Below are positions 49,272-59,296 of a DNA stretch of 64,000 bases, piece by piece. The stretch's first letter is position 1; every line of letters starts with the position of its first letter. This DNA is from a bacterium (lineage in GTDB: Bacteria; Zhuqueibacterota; Zhuqueibacteria; Zhuqueibacterales; Zhuqueibacteraceae), in contig JBIOXB010000197.1 in NCBI GenBank assembly GCA_044869275.1, positions 22,806 to 86,805 on the forward strand, given 5' to 3'. The notes beneath the pieces were generated by a model. That model was not told the DNA's origin and did no database searches. It worked only from the letters and a program-made list of their open reading frames with translations. Position numbers and translations under genes: made by a program.

Positions 49272-52070
49272 TCACCACTGCGTTGCAAATCCCACCAAAA
49301 GATGCCGCCCCGCGGTATAGGCGGAGGGATTCAGATCCTGCGGCCGATAAAAGCCCGAGATTTCGCCGGTTTCGCTGTTGATGGCGCGCGCGTTTCTTCT
49401 GCCGGTCAGATTTCTCATCTCAAAAATGAGCGAGTTGCGCAAGCCCCAAATATGAAAATCCTTGTTGGCGCGCAGGTCGACCCAAGTGCGATAGGGCAAA
49501 CGCTCCGAGTTGGTGGTGGTAAACTGTGTCGAAGATCTGCCGCCCGGCGTGTACGGCCTGCCGGATTCAAGGCGCCAGACGAGGTTTACCCCGAGATCGT
49601 CAGGGAGGCGTACGCCGAACAAGCTCGTCCTTTCGCCGCGCGGCACGCGAAAATCGAAATTCACATTCAAAGCATGGCGCACGTCCCAATCCAGCGGCCA
49701 TTCACGGATAGGCACCGGCTGTCCGCGCGAGCCGTAATCATAGCCTTGCCGGTAACTCGAGCTTTTGCCCGTGGCATACAGCAAGGTATAATTGACGAAA
49801 CCCGAAGTAAAATTGCGGTAGCGCTTTTCCAGCGAGAATTCCAGTCCGCGCGCGCTGCCGAAATCGCGGTTCACATAGACGTCGTAAGTAAAGGGCTCGC
49901 GGCCGCGCTTTTCGGTATTGAGCAGGCCGTTGTAATCCTTGAAGAAAGCCGTGACACCCAGCCGCACCTCATCGCCAAAGCCGTGCTTGACGCCGACTTC
50001 GTATTGCGTCGTTTCTTCCGCGCCAATGTTGGGGTTGCCCAGCAAAGGCAGGGCGGCGGAGGATTGCGTGTCTTGCAGGAATAAAAATTGATAATCCACG
50101 GACTGCGTGAAGCGGCCGAATTGAAAATAGAGCATGTCGCGTTCGGTAATGGGATGCGAAATGCCCAGGCGCGGATTGAAAGTGAATTTCAGCTTGGTGC
50201 CGAAAATATCTTTGCCTTCCTCTATTTGATCCTGCACCTGCTCGCCCGGCGACCAGAAATCCCAGCGCAAGCCAAGGTTGACGATTAAGTTTTCATACTC
50301 GATTTTGTCCTGTAAATAAAACGCGCCGGCGAAAGGCGTGCGAAAGTAGAAATCGCGGAAGATGCCGAGCGCGGGCCATTGGCCGTTGTCCGGCGGCGTG
50401 CCGCCCACGGCCGGATCCCAGCGGCTGTTATAAATTTCCGGATACTTGATTTCCGCTTTGTTCATTTCATAATAATTGGCTTCCAATCCGGTCTTGATTT
50501 GATGGCGGCTGTGCCATTGGCTGGTGAGGTCAAACTTGAAGGCCGTGGTCTCGGTGCTGCGGCTATGATAGGTGCCGCGCGAAGGAAAACCCTTGTCATA
50601 AAATCCATCACGATCGGAGTCGATGGCGTTCAATTGTTCGCCCAGCGCGACGTACAGCGCGCGCACTTCATCCGGAAACATGCCGCCCGGCGTCAGCAAA
50701 TAACGCTGGTCGCGCTGGCTCAGCGCCAAATCGTAATACGTTTTGTCGCTCAGCGTATGTGTCCACTTCAGCGTGTGGCCTTCGGATTCTTCTTCGCGCT
50801 GCCAGAAGTTTTCCGGAATTTGGGAGAACGCGTGATTATATTCGTCGTACCAATTGCGCTCGGTTTGATACGTGTAAACCAGCTTGGCGCGGTGGGAAAA
50901 GCGCACGCTGAGATTGGCCAGCGCATTGTAGCGGTTATCCATGCGGTTCGGCACGCCGAGCTTGACGAGATCCAAGCCCAAAAAATTGAGGCTGCGCTCG
51001 TCGCCGGCGCGATTCTCGCCGGTGGGTGCGTAATAGGGCGAATCGAAAGTGCTGGAGAGATCGGTAAAATTCGTCGTACCAGAAATAAAGTAGGTGATCT
51101 CCTTTACGGGCAGGCGCAACCCCAACGCCGGCAAAAGATAGGTCGTGATCGGCTCCGGCCCGCCAAAGCTCAATTCGGCGCGGTCGGTGTTGTGCGCATA
51201 CGTGCGCAGGCCAGTCCCGTTGCCGTAAGGTGTTTTAAAAGTTCCGTCCACCAAATCATCAGTCAGATACATGATGCGGCCCGTATGCCGCGTCCCGCCT
51301 TCTTTGGTGACGATGTTCACGATGCCCGACATGGCATTGCCATATTCCGCATTGAAACCGCCGGTGATGACTTCGACCTCGGCAATGGCGTTGGCCGGCA
51401 CCGACAAACCTCCGGACCGCGAAGTCAATTCGTCCACCGGATTCGAGGTGAAATCATTGACTTGCTCCTGCGTCGTGCGCGTGGCTTGATTGTACATGGG
51501 ATCGCGTGAAGAGACGCCGTCAACCACGTAGAGCATCTCCCCGGTGCGCCCTCCGCGCACGTTGATGTGCAAGCCCTCGCCCACCACGCCCGGCTGCCGT
51601 GCGACCACGTCGCGCACATCCAGCACCGTCGGCATGTTTTTGATCGCCTCCTCCCCCATGCGCTGCGAGCTGAACGTTTCGTCTTTCTGCACGATCGGGC
51701 GTTCCGCCACTACAGTGATGCCTTTGCCGATTTCCAACACGGTCGAGGACAGTGAAAAATTCAGCTTGGTGGTCAAGTCCACAGCGACTTTCACGTTGGT
51801 GAACGTGACCGCCTCGTAGCCCATCATATTCGTGCGCACGGAATATGTTCCAGGCGGCACTTGCAGAACGAAGAAGTAGCCGTTACGGTCGCTCGCTGCA
51901 CCCATGCTGGTGCCCACGATGATCACACTCGCGCCCGACAGGGGCTCCCCGCTTTGCTTGTCCATCACCCGGCCGGCAATTTTGCCGGTGGTGCCGGCCA
52001 GGAGAATATCTTGGGTGAAATATGCCAATAGTAGAATGGCAATTTTCAGGGCACGAGCAGTTTTGTTCAT
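49272..52070 (-). CDS. TonB-dependent receptor with N-terminal carboxypeptidase-like domain
   Basis: AGTTGKIAG.V.D, plug VRGGR..E..Y.VDG, ITGGFNAEYGNAMSG, PRLGISHPIT, GNP...AE.T.QYE.G; terminal Trp. Confidence 0.93.
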   Translation of the reverse strand: MNKTARALKIAILLLAYFTQDILLAGTTGKIAGRVMDKQSGEPLSGASVIIVGTSMGAASDRNGYFFVLQVPPGTYSVRTNMMGYEAVTFTNVKVAVDLTTKLNFSLSSTVLEIGKGITVVAERPIVQKDETFSSQRMGEEAIKNMPTVLDVRDVVARQPGVVGEGLHINVRGGRTGEMLYVVDGVSSRDPMYNQATRTTQEQVNDFTSNPVDELTSRSGGLSVPANAIAEVEVITGGFNAEYGNAMSGIVNIVTKEGGTRHTGRIMYLTDDLVDGTFKTPYGNGTGLRTYAHNTDRAELSFGGPEPITTYLLPALGLRLPVKEITYFISGTTNFTDLSSTFDSPYYAPTGENRAGDERSLNFLGLDLVKLGVPNRMDNRYNALANLSVRFSHRAKLVYTYQTERNWYDEYNHAFSQIPENFWQREEESEGHTLKWTHTLSDKTYYDLALSQRDQRYLLTPGGMFPDEVRALYVALGEQLNAIDSDRDGFYDKGFPSRGTYHSRSTETTAFKFDLTSQWHSRHQIKTGLEANYYEMNKAEIKYPEIYNSRWDPAVGGTPPDNGQWPALGIFRDFYFRTPFAGAFYLQDKIEYENLIVNLGLRWDFWSPGEQVQDQIEEGKDIFGTKLKFTFNPRLGISHPITERDMLYFQFGRFTQSVDYQFLFLQDTQSSAALPLLGNPNIGAEETTQYEVGVKHGFGDEVRLGVTAFFKDYNGLLNTEKRGREPFTYDVYVNRDFGSARGLEFSLEKRYRNFTSGFVNYTLLYATGKSSSYRQGYDYGSRGQPVPIREWPLDWDVRHALNVNFDFRVPRGERTSLFGVRLPDDLGVNLVWRLESGRPYTPGGRSSTQFTTTNSERLPYRTWVDLRANKDFHIWGLRNSLIFEMRNLTGRRNARAINSETGEISGFYRPQDLNPSAYTAGRHLLVGFATQW

Positions 52071-52086
52071 GGTAATACCTCTGCTA

Positions 52087-52134
52087 AATTGTCAATTGAT
52101 AATTGTCAATTGACAATTGATAACTGAAAAACTG
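52087..52134. repeat. 7-mer (AATTGWY) self-complementary repeat
   Basis: aattgtc aattgat aattgtc aattgac aattgat aactgaa aaactg. Confidence 0.8.
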
Positions 52135-52144
52135 CAAATCTTGT

Positions 52145-53515
52145 TTACGGTTGCGAGCGCGAGCCTCCGATCTCATAACTCAGCGAGAACGTGATTTCAT
52201 TGAAGCGCTCTTTGGTCGATGAAAGCCTCTCATTATAATAGTCGCCTTCATCCAGCCACCAGGAATACTCTCGCTCGCCGGTCTCATAGGCAAATTGAAA
52301 CGCCCAGCCCTTTCTCACCACGCCGAAGCCCAGTGTGAGAATCCCGCCCGTAATTTGCTCCCCATAGTATTGCCCTTGAAAAAACTGATCGCGATACGGG
52401 CTGGGATTGGTGTAATAGCCGAGGCGGAGGGGAAACTGCGCCCATTTCGTTTGCGTGAGGTATTCCAAGCCCAGGCGAATGGAATGGCTGTCCAACAGCA
52501 CGAGCTCCTCCGGGCTGCCATTCGTCTGGCATTCGACTTTCGACCACGGTCGCGCGGCAAAATCGAAAGCCAGCAGCAAACGCGCATTGGGACGCAACGC
52601 GAGGCCCAATTCGTAAACCAGAGGAATGTCCAGCTCGAATTTTTGCAGCTCTGCCGCCGCGGTGATGACGGTGTCGAGCACGATCGTGCTGCCGGATATC
52701 GCGCTGGGCGAGGCCGTCATCTCATTTTTTTCGGTGATTTGATACTGCCAGCCCGGCGTGACGGTCGCGCCCAGTGCCAGCCAGCTCGTGGGTTGTGCCT
52801 GCAATCCCAGCACGGCAAATGACCCTTCATAAGATTCTTCATCTTCAAATGCAAAAAAAACGAATTCATCCGCAAAGGGGGATTGCACACGGAACTGATA
52901 TTCCGAGGAACCACGCAGAAAGTGGTAGCTCAGGCCCGCGGACAGTTGCGGCAAAATTGCAACGGCAAGGGAAGGCACAAAGGCGTGCAAATGCCCGCGC
53001 GGATTCTCCACGGTTGCGATGGTGCCGGCCGGGTAAAGATAAAGAGTGCCCGTGGATTTTTGTGAAAAGTTTTGAGGTTGATGATAGGCCACGCCAACGG
53101 TGGCGGACTTTCCGCCCCAGCGCAAAGGATAATGCAAACTCGCAAAAGTCGCGAACAAATTTGGATCGATTTCGCTGACCACTTTCATGCCTGAAAAGGG
53201 CTGCGTGGTGACCTCTTGTGTATTCAAATTAAAGCTGCCGCTAAAGGCCAGCTCCGGCCGCGCAACAGCCGCCAGCCCGGCGGGATTCCACAACGCTGCG
53301 GCGGGCGTTTGCGCCGTGGCCAGGCTTGCTCCACCTCGCCCCAACAGCTCCGCACCTGCCCGGCGAAAATCCAAATCGAATTGACGATCCTGCGAACGGT
53401 TGATATAACCCTGCGAACCGACATTTTCACCGACGCTTTCTTCGAAACCTTGGGGCGTTGCCGGCGCAGGCAAGATCATGAGTCCCAACGCAAAAACGCA
53501 GGCCAATTTTTTCAT
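52145..53515 (-). CDS. OmpP1/FadL-like outer-membrane beta-barrel
   Basis: Signal peptide; GA..LGRGGASLA......ALWNPAGLA, LGLEY, PLRLGYY..P.P. Confidence 0.8.
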   Translation of the reverse strand: MKKLACVFALGLMILPAPATPQGFEESVGENVGSQGYINRSQDRQFDLDFRRAGAELLGRGGASLATAQTPAAALWNPAGLAAVARPELAFSGSFNLNTQEVTTQPFSGMKVVSEIDPNLFATFASLHYPLRWGGKSATVGVAYHQPQNFSQKSTGTLYLYPAGTIATVENPRGHLHAFVPSLAVAILPQLSAGLSYHFLRGSSEYQFRVQSPFADEFVFFAFEDEESYEGSFAVLGLQAQPTSWLALGATVTPGWQYQITEKNEMTASPSAISGSTIVLDTVITAAAELQKFELDIPLVYELGLALRPNARLLLAFDFAARPWSKVECQTNGSPEELVLLDSHSIRLGLEYLTQTKWAQFPLRLGYYTNPSPYRDQFFQGQYYGEQITGGILTLGFGVVRKGWAFQFAYETGEREYSWWLDEGDYYNERLSSTKERFNEITFSLSYEIGGSRSQP

Positions 53516-53594
53516 GGTCGCGGTCTTCTCGAGAAATTTTTAAGGAAGATAAATGAGCTTGCAACCTTTTCTTCGGTGCCACCGTCTAAATAAA

Positions 53595-53740
53595 TGCGAA
53601 ACGGGAAAAGCCTCGTCGTGATCAATCTCGTCTCGACGATAGATTAACCCTTATACATAAAATAGAACGAGGCTATCTCACTTCGCACAAGTTGGGCTAT
53701 CGATCTTAGACTTTGCCGGTCGGTCGATAGCCTTTTTTTT
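53595..53740. ncRNA. Candidate structured RNA / attenuator in the operon leader
   Basis: Nested stems TGCGAA/TTCGCA, AGCCTCGT/ACGAGGCT, AATCT..CGTC/GACG..AGATT, then GGCTATCGA...TCGATAGCC-T8. Confidence 0.4.
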
Positions 53741-54024
53741 GTTGCGAGAATTGCAGCAAAAAGCCCTTCACTATGTTTCGCTAGACTTGCCTCTCCGAAA
53801 GCTTAAGCAAAGCATGAAAAGCCCGGAGTTGCGGCATGCATGGTTTTAGACGTGAACGCTCATGTCAAAAAAATCTTTTGCTGGTCAGATTTCAGAGGCT
53901 GTCCGACGCCAAGATCACAAACGTATCCTAAAAAACCGGGAAGACTAACATGTATGGGCGGTGAGAAAAAGCTGCTGTGATGAGGCATGTTTAACAAAAA
54001 ACCCTGATTTTGTCAAGCTCTATT

Positions 54025-55152
54025 TTATTTTCCTTCCAGGATCTCCTGATAAAAAGCCTCCCATTCCGGCATGATGTTTTCAAGGTCAAATTTCTGAGCA
54101 TGCCGGCGCGCGTTCTCTCTGAACGCACGCAGCTTCCTTTCATCGCTGAGCAGGTCCATGGCGACCTCCACCATGGGTGAAGTTTCGCCCACCGGAAACA
54201 AATAGCCGTTCTCGCCATGCACCACGACTTCCGGCAAGCCCCCGATGCGCGCACCGATCACCGGCACGCCGCAGTTCATGGCCTCCAAGGCCACCAGCCC
54301 GAAGCTCTCCTGCTCGCTGGTGAGCAGGAACAAATCCGCGCACCTCAAGATTTGCTCGATATGATCGACCTCTCCCAGGAACAGAACATCCTCGCGTACG
54401 TTCATTTCCTTGACCAATTGTTGAATGAACAAACGCTCGGGCCCTTCGCCCACGAGCAACAGCCTGCAGGGCATGCTTTCACGCACGCGCGCGAAAATGC
54501 GCACCACGTCGCTCACGCGCTTCACCGGGCGGAAGTTCGAGGCGTGCATCAGAATCTTCTCGCCCTTGGGCGCGTAAAGCTCGCGCTGGCACGGGCCTTT
54601 CAGAGGCAGGCGGTGCGCGATTTTGGTGTCGATGAAGTTGTAAATCCGTCGGATTTCACGCTTGATTTTGAATTCCTCTATGGTGCGGCGCACCAAATAA
54701 TCGGAGACGGCGGTCACGCCATCAGATTGCTCGATGCTGAATTTAATCACGCTGTAAAAGGATTTGTCCGCGCCCAGCAAGGTGATGTCCGTGCCGTGCA
54801 GCGTGGTGACCACTTTCAGCTTGGGGAGATTGAGAATATGCTTGGCGAGATACGCGCTGGTGGCGTGCGGCACGGCATAGTGGGCATGAATTAGATCCAG
54901 TCCGTATTCGTTCGCGACATTGACGATCTTATTGGTCAGGCCCAATTCATAGGGCGGATATTTGAACAGCGGATAGGTGGTAACATCAACCTCGTGCACG
55001 AAAATGCGGGGATGATATTCGCGCAAGCGAAAGGGAACGGCGTAGCTGACGAAATGCACTTCGTGATCGCGATGGGCGAGCGCCAGCCCCAATTCCGAAG
55101 CTACGACGCCGGAGCCGCCGTGTGTGGGATAACAAACCATGCCAATTTTCAT
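54025..55152 (-). CDS. bshA: N-acetyl-alpha-D-glucosaminyl L-malate synthase
   Basis: [51 protein letters not shown]. Confidence 0.96.
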   Translation of the reverse strand: MKIGMVCYPTHGGSGVVASELGLALAHRDHEVHFVSYAVPFRLREYHPRIFVHEVDVTTYPLFKYPPYELGLTNKIVNVANEYGLDLIHAHYAVPHATSAYLAKHILNLPKLKVVTTLHGTDITLLGADKSFYSVIKFSIEQSDGVTAVSDYLVRRTIEEFKIKREIRRIYNFIDTKIAHRLPLKGPCQRELYAPKGEKILMHASNFRPVKRVSDVVRIFARVRESMPCRLLLVGEGPERLFIQQLVKEMNVREDVLFLGEVDHIEQILRCADLFLLTSEQESFGLVALEAMNCGVPVIGARIGGLPEVVVHGENGYLFPVGETSPMVEVAMDLLSDERKLRAFRENARRHAQKFDLENIMPEWEAFYQEILEGK

Positions 55153-55171
55153 GCTCTCGTATCCATGGTGA

Positions 55172-55419
55172 AGTTGGAAAATTGGATTACTGGATTAATC
55201 GATTGAAGGATCGTTGGGTTGATGGGTTTCTGGATTGATGGTTTAAGTGGATTATTGCGTATGTGAATAGTATTCTTCCCGATAGAATTCTTCAATTGGT
55301 GAAAAACTTTCAGTTTCGCCGCTGCAGGATTAGTCTGAGTTTGAGCGACTAATCGCATATTATTCTATCCATCAATCCACCTATCCATCAATCCACCTAT
55401 CCATCAATCCACCAATCCG
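55172..55419. repeat. 8-mer repeat arms in inverted orientation flanking an approximately 110-bp AT-rich spacer
   Basis: (TGGATT..)n at 55172-55253 and (ATCCATCA/ATCCACCT)n at 55366-55419. Confidence 0.8.
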
Positions 55420-56193
55420 CTACGGTATCGCCTCGGCGCACCATTCGCCAAAGGAGGCAATGGGATCATCGAGGCGAATCGTCTCGCGAATGTGAAAAGC
55501 TTCGCCGTATTTCACTCCGATGATGTCACCCCAGCGCCGGTTTTTGTTTTCGATGAATTCAATGAATTGCGGCCGGGTGACGGAGGTTTGCTCTGTCCCG
55601 AACTGGTCCATGTGCTCGCCGTGAAATTGCGACTGGTGTGCGCGCACGGCTTTCATCTTCTCCTCAAAGGCCTCTGAAATATCCACGATGAAGCTGATGG
55701 GCACTTCGTAACGTTCCGGAAAATACAAGATGCGGTAGGGGCGCCACGGCCCCGGGCTCTCCTGGGGATTCTGCCTTGCCGCCGGCAAAGCACTCAGATC
55801 GAGATTCTTCAAGCCCGCAATCATCGCGGCGTCGCGCACAAGATGCGAGGTATGAATGTGATCCGGATGGCGCGACTGCTCGTGCACGGTCGCAACCAGC
55901 CGCGGCCGCCACTGGCGTATCGCCTGCACGATTTTCAACTTGTTGAATTGCGTTTCCTCAATGGCGGCGTCGGGCATATCCAATTGTTGATGATGCGACA
56001 CGCGCAGCAGGCTGGCGGCCTGGTCGAATTCCCGCGCGCGAATCTCCGGCGTGCCGCGCGTGCCGCTCTCGCCTTGCGTCAGCGTGATCGCCGCGGTGCG
56101 ATAACCCCGTTGCGCCAGCTTGATCAGCGTGCCGCCGCAGCCCAGCTCGACGTCATCCGGATGCGCGCCGAAAGCAAGGAAATCGATGCTCAT
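55420..56193 (-). CDS. bshB1: Bacillithiol biosynthesis deacetylase
   Basis: FGAHPDDVELGCGGT, GESGTRG, RHPDH, H.SQF, GVKYGEAF; next to bshA. Confidence 0.92.
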   Translation of the reverse strand: MSIDFLAFGAHPDDVELGCGGTLIKLAQRGYRTAAITLTQGESGTRGTPEIRAREFDQAASLLRVSHHQQLDMPDAAIEETQFNKLKIVQAIRQWRPRLVATVHEQSRHPDHIHTSHLVRDAAMIAGLKNLDLSALPAARQNPQESPGPWRPYRILYFPERYEVPISFIVDISEAFEEKMKAVRAHQSQFHGEHMDQFGTEQTSVTRPQFIEFIENKNRRWGDIIGVKYGEAFHIRETIRLDDPIASFGEWCAEAIP

Positions 56194-56212
56194 TTTGATC
56201 CGTTCTTTGCAG

Positions 56213-57631
56213 TTATTTTATCACTTTTCCCGCCGCTTGCGGCAGAAAACCCTCTTTGCCGTCCGGCAATTTCACTTTGTACCAGCCGCTCACGGTTTCG
56301 AGCAATTGCAATTCGATTTCGCCGGGCACGCGCGCCAAGGTTTCACTGTTGGCATTGGCGTCCACTTTGATTTCATGCCGGGTAGCGCGCGGGCCTTTGG
56401 TCTCCACCCGCGCACTGGTGGCCACGGTCATTTCTTCGTTCGAGGCCTGGAATTGATATTCCTCCAACGTGATGCCTAAAGCGTTCAATTTATCCCAATA
56501 ATCCGTTTGGCGCGTAATTCTTTTCAAGGCATCGCGATACTTACCTTCCTTGCTGCGCAGGTTGAAGGCCGCAGTGTATTGCACTCTGGCCTTTTGATAG
56601 TTGCCGACGATTTCATGCAATGCGCCAAGATTGTAGATTGCGGCGTCATTGTATGGATCTTGTTCGGCGATGGCCGCGACCTGTAGGTAGGCGGTATTCA
56701 GATCATAATCCTCAAGAGCGCGTTTGGCAACTTCCACGGATCTTTTGTATTCCTCGCCTTCGATTTTCGCAAATTCGATTTTTTGTTCCTTAAAGCGCGG
56801 CGTAAAATAATCCACCAGCTCGCGCGCCATGGCGCCCAAGCAATTGTCCACGGCAGCTTCGGGCGTGGGCAGAGTACCCCAATCGCCTTTGCATTTTTTG
56901 TTTTCGGATTTCTGCCGGCTATCTTTGCTGCCGATCACCTGTCCGGTTTCCACTCTCACGAAACGCACCGTCGCGCTCACGTTGGCATCCAGCTTTTCGC
57001 AGTCGACTTCATATTTGACTTTTTTCTTATCTTCCCGCGTCTCTTTCACCCACGTATTTTGGACGGAGACGTTGATGGCGCCGATCAGTATAGCGTCCAC
57101 GCCGAGCACCTGCCCGACTTGCGCAGCCGTGGCTTCATTGACGACGCCGCTTTGCCCAAGCTGCAATTCATTCAAAACGCTCTCGAACTGGCTGCGCTCA
57201 ACCACATTGAAAATGTTGGTATAGGCGCCGGTTTGAAAGGTTTTGCCTTCTTTTTTGTTCAGGCCCAAAAAACCGCTGCCCACGTCCTTAATGCCGCGGT
57301 CTTTCTCAAGTAAATCCGCAATCATCAAATCCGCCAGCCTGCTGCCGGCATACGCAAAACGATTCTCGTTTTTTTCATCCTCCTTGCTTTTGTCGATCGC
57401 GCTCAAAATTTTGTCGAGCGTTTTTTGGCTTCCTCCGGGCGCATCGCCAGCAAAAAAATGCGCGGTGACGCCGAAATCGGCGATGGCAACTTGCTTGACA
57501 CCTTCGAATAGCTGTTCCGGCGGCATGAGCATGAAGCATTTCAGACCTTGGGCGCGAGCGGGCCCGGCGATCATTCCAAAACAGAACATCGCCCAAACCG
57601 CCAAGCGCATGAAACGGTGCACGGCAAACAT
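56213..57631 (-). CDS. Secreted CsgG/HfaB-domain protein with TPR and C-terminal SH3b-like domain
   Basis: VVERS....VL.E..LGQSG.V....AAQVG..LGVDAIL.G, VETGQVI; YNLG..HE..G.Y..A; WYKVKLPDGKEGF. Confidence 0.78.
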   Translation of the reverse strand: MFAVHRFMRLAVWAMFCFGMIAGPARAQGLKCFMLMPPEQLFEGVKQVAIADFGVTAHFFAGDAPGGSQKTLDKILSAIDKSKEDEKNENRFAYAGSRLADLMIADLLEKDRGIKDVGSGFLGLNKKEGKTFQTGAYTNIFNVVERSQFESVLNELQLGQSGVVNEATAAQVGQVLGVDAILIGAINVSVQNTWVKETREDKKKVKYEVDCEKLDANVSATVRFVRVETGQVIGSKDSRQKSENKKCKGDWGTLPTPEAAVDNCLGAMARELVDYFTPRFKEQKIEFAKIEGEEYKRSVEVAKRALEDYDLNTAYLQVAAIAEQDPYNDAAIYNLGALHEIVGNYQKARVQYTAAFNLRSKEGKYRDALKRITRQTDYWDKLNALGITLEEYQFQASNEEMTVATSARVETKGPRATRHEIKVDANANSETLARVPGEIELQLLETVSGWYKVKLPDGKEGFLPQAAGKVIK

Positions 57632-57667
57632 ACGCTCCTCCTCCCGCAAAAGGTTTCGGGTATTAGA

Positions 57668-59296
57668 TCACAATTTGACGATCTGATGTTCGAAACAACT
57701 CAGATCCAAAGCCTCATAAAGCTGTTTGATCAGATTTTTGCCGTATTTACACAAAAAAGACGTCAAATTCAACTCGCGCTCCTGCAAATGCTGGTGCGGA
57801 TACAGGGAGTTGCCGGCATGCTCGAGCTGCTGTTGCAATGTTTCGTTTTGTCGCTTGCTGGCCTGCACGATTTTTTTTTCGATGGCTTCGAGTTGATGAA
57901 AGATCTTGCCCTGTTCCTTATCGAGGAATGCCGCCAGCGTGGGGTCGACCGCCATCACGCGCTCCTTCAGCACCGCGAGATTTTTGCTCAAATCCTCGCG
58001 CACCGCCGCAACGGGCTCCAACAACTCCTCGGGCGTTTCCTGCCGGGCCACCCGGCTGAGCAGTTGCGCGGGGTTTTGCCAAAAATCGGTGAGCTGCAAG
58101 TGATACTTTTCGAACCCGCGCTGGATTTTCTTTTCCAGCAGCGTCAACGTCTGCCGCGGAAAGACCGCCGGCATAGGCACCCCGAAAGCCTCGTAAACGC
58201 CGCGCAGTTGCGCAAAATAAGCGATTTCCGCCGGTCCCGCCACATAGGCAATCGTGGGCAAAAGAGAATCTTGCAGCACCGGCCGCAGCATCACATTCGG
58301 GGAAAAAGCCGTGGGCGAGTCTTGTATGCGCTGCAACCAATGGTCTTTGCTCAAACGTATGGCACCGTCCGTCGTGGCAAAAACACCCTCTTGCCATTCC
58401 AAGCCGTGGCGCTGGTGATCGACGTAAAACAAATTGCAGTGACCGGCGCGCTGTGGCACTTGTGGCGCATAACCGCCCTGTTCCAACTTCGCATTGGTGC
58501 GCAAGGCCGCCGTCGTCGAAGGGCTTTGTTCATTGATTTCTTTTGCGAAGAGTGGAATGGCAAGCTGCTTGAATTCGGGGTCGGCAGGATCGAGCAGCAC
58601 CAAGCCGAATTCGTTCGTCAAAAAACTCATCCAGCGCGCAAACGCCTCCGGCAGGGAATGTCCAGGTGCATACGCTCTCGCCAGTGCCGACAAAATCTCG
58701 TTTTTGAATTCGGAATCGGAAAGCGCTTCGGCGAGTTCTTGATGGCAGGCGTGAATGCTTTCCGGCAGAGGTATTTGCGACATGGGCCGGCGGGTGGCGG
58801 CGGGGAAATCGCAAGAGAGCGCGAGCAAGGCATTATCGCGCGTCAGCACGGTGACGCGATTGACTTCGGCCAGATCATCGTCGTCCGCCGCCAGCCAGAA
58901 AACCGGCGCAACCGTGCGGCGCAACTGCGCGCTCAAATTCTCCGCCAGTTTCACGCAGGTCAACGCTTTGTAGAGCGTAAACAACGGCCCGCCGAACAGC
59001 CCGACTTGCTGCCCCGAGACCACCGCCACGCTCTTCGCCTCCGCCAGCGCGGCCAGATGCTGGCGCGTTTTTTCGCTTGCGCCCCAGTTTTCGTTTTGTC
59101 GCGTGAGGATCTGAGCAACTCGGGTGCGGGGATACGGCCTCTCGGCGACGTGGCGAGCGTGGGATGCCATCGCTTCCAGCGAGCGATAGTCGACGGCGTA
59201 AAAATCCGATAGCTTTTGGAATTGGCCGAGGTAAGCTTGAAACAACGCGTTGCTGCCGGGCACTTGGGCAACCGGCACGGGGGCGAAATCGCGCAT
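57668..59296 (-). CDS. bshC: Bacillithiol cysteine-adding enzyme
   Basis: VSGQQ.GLFGGPLFT.YKA, PVFW.A..D.D..EVN, FSPNV.LRPV.QD, YVAGPAEIAY..QL, QER. Confidence 0.95.
   Translation of the reverse strand: MRDFAPVPVAQVPGSNALFQAYLGQFQKLSDFYAVDYRSLEAMASHARHVAERPYPRTRVAQILTRQNENWGASEKTRQHLAALAEAKSVAVVSGQQVGLFGGPLFTLYKALTCVKLAENLSAQLRRTVAPVFWLAADDDDLAEVNRVTVLTRDNALLALSCDFPAATRRPMSQIPLPESIHACHQELAEALSDSEFKNEILSALARAYAPGHSLPEAFARWMSFLTNEFGLVLLDPADPEFKQLAIPLFAKEINEQSPSTTAALRTNAKLEQGGYAPQVPQRAGHCNLFYVDHQRHGLEWQEGVFATTDGAIRLSKDHWLQRIQDSPTAFSPNVMLRPVLQDSLLPTIAYVAGPAEIAYFAQLRGVYEAFGVPMPAVFPRQTLTLLEKKIQRGFEKYHLQLTDFWQNPAQLLSRVARQETPEELLEPVAAVREDLSKNLAVLKERVMAVDPTLAAFLDKEQGKIFHQLEAIEKKIVQASKRQNETLQQQLEHAGNSLYPHQHLQERELNLTSFLCKYGKNLIKQLYEALDLSCFEHQIVKL

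Noticed and set aside
53690..53800. c-di-GMP-I riboswitch (GGCAAA/GTCTAAG/GATAGCC words on the minus strand)
   Set aside because: The GGCAAA-stem-GAAA-stem-GACGCAAA order and P2 stem cannot be assembled. Kept only as a generic structured-RNA candidate.
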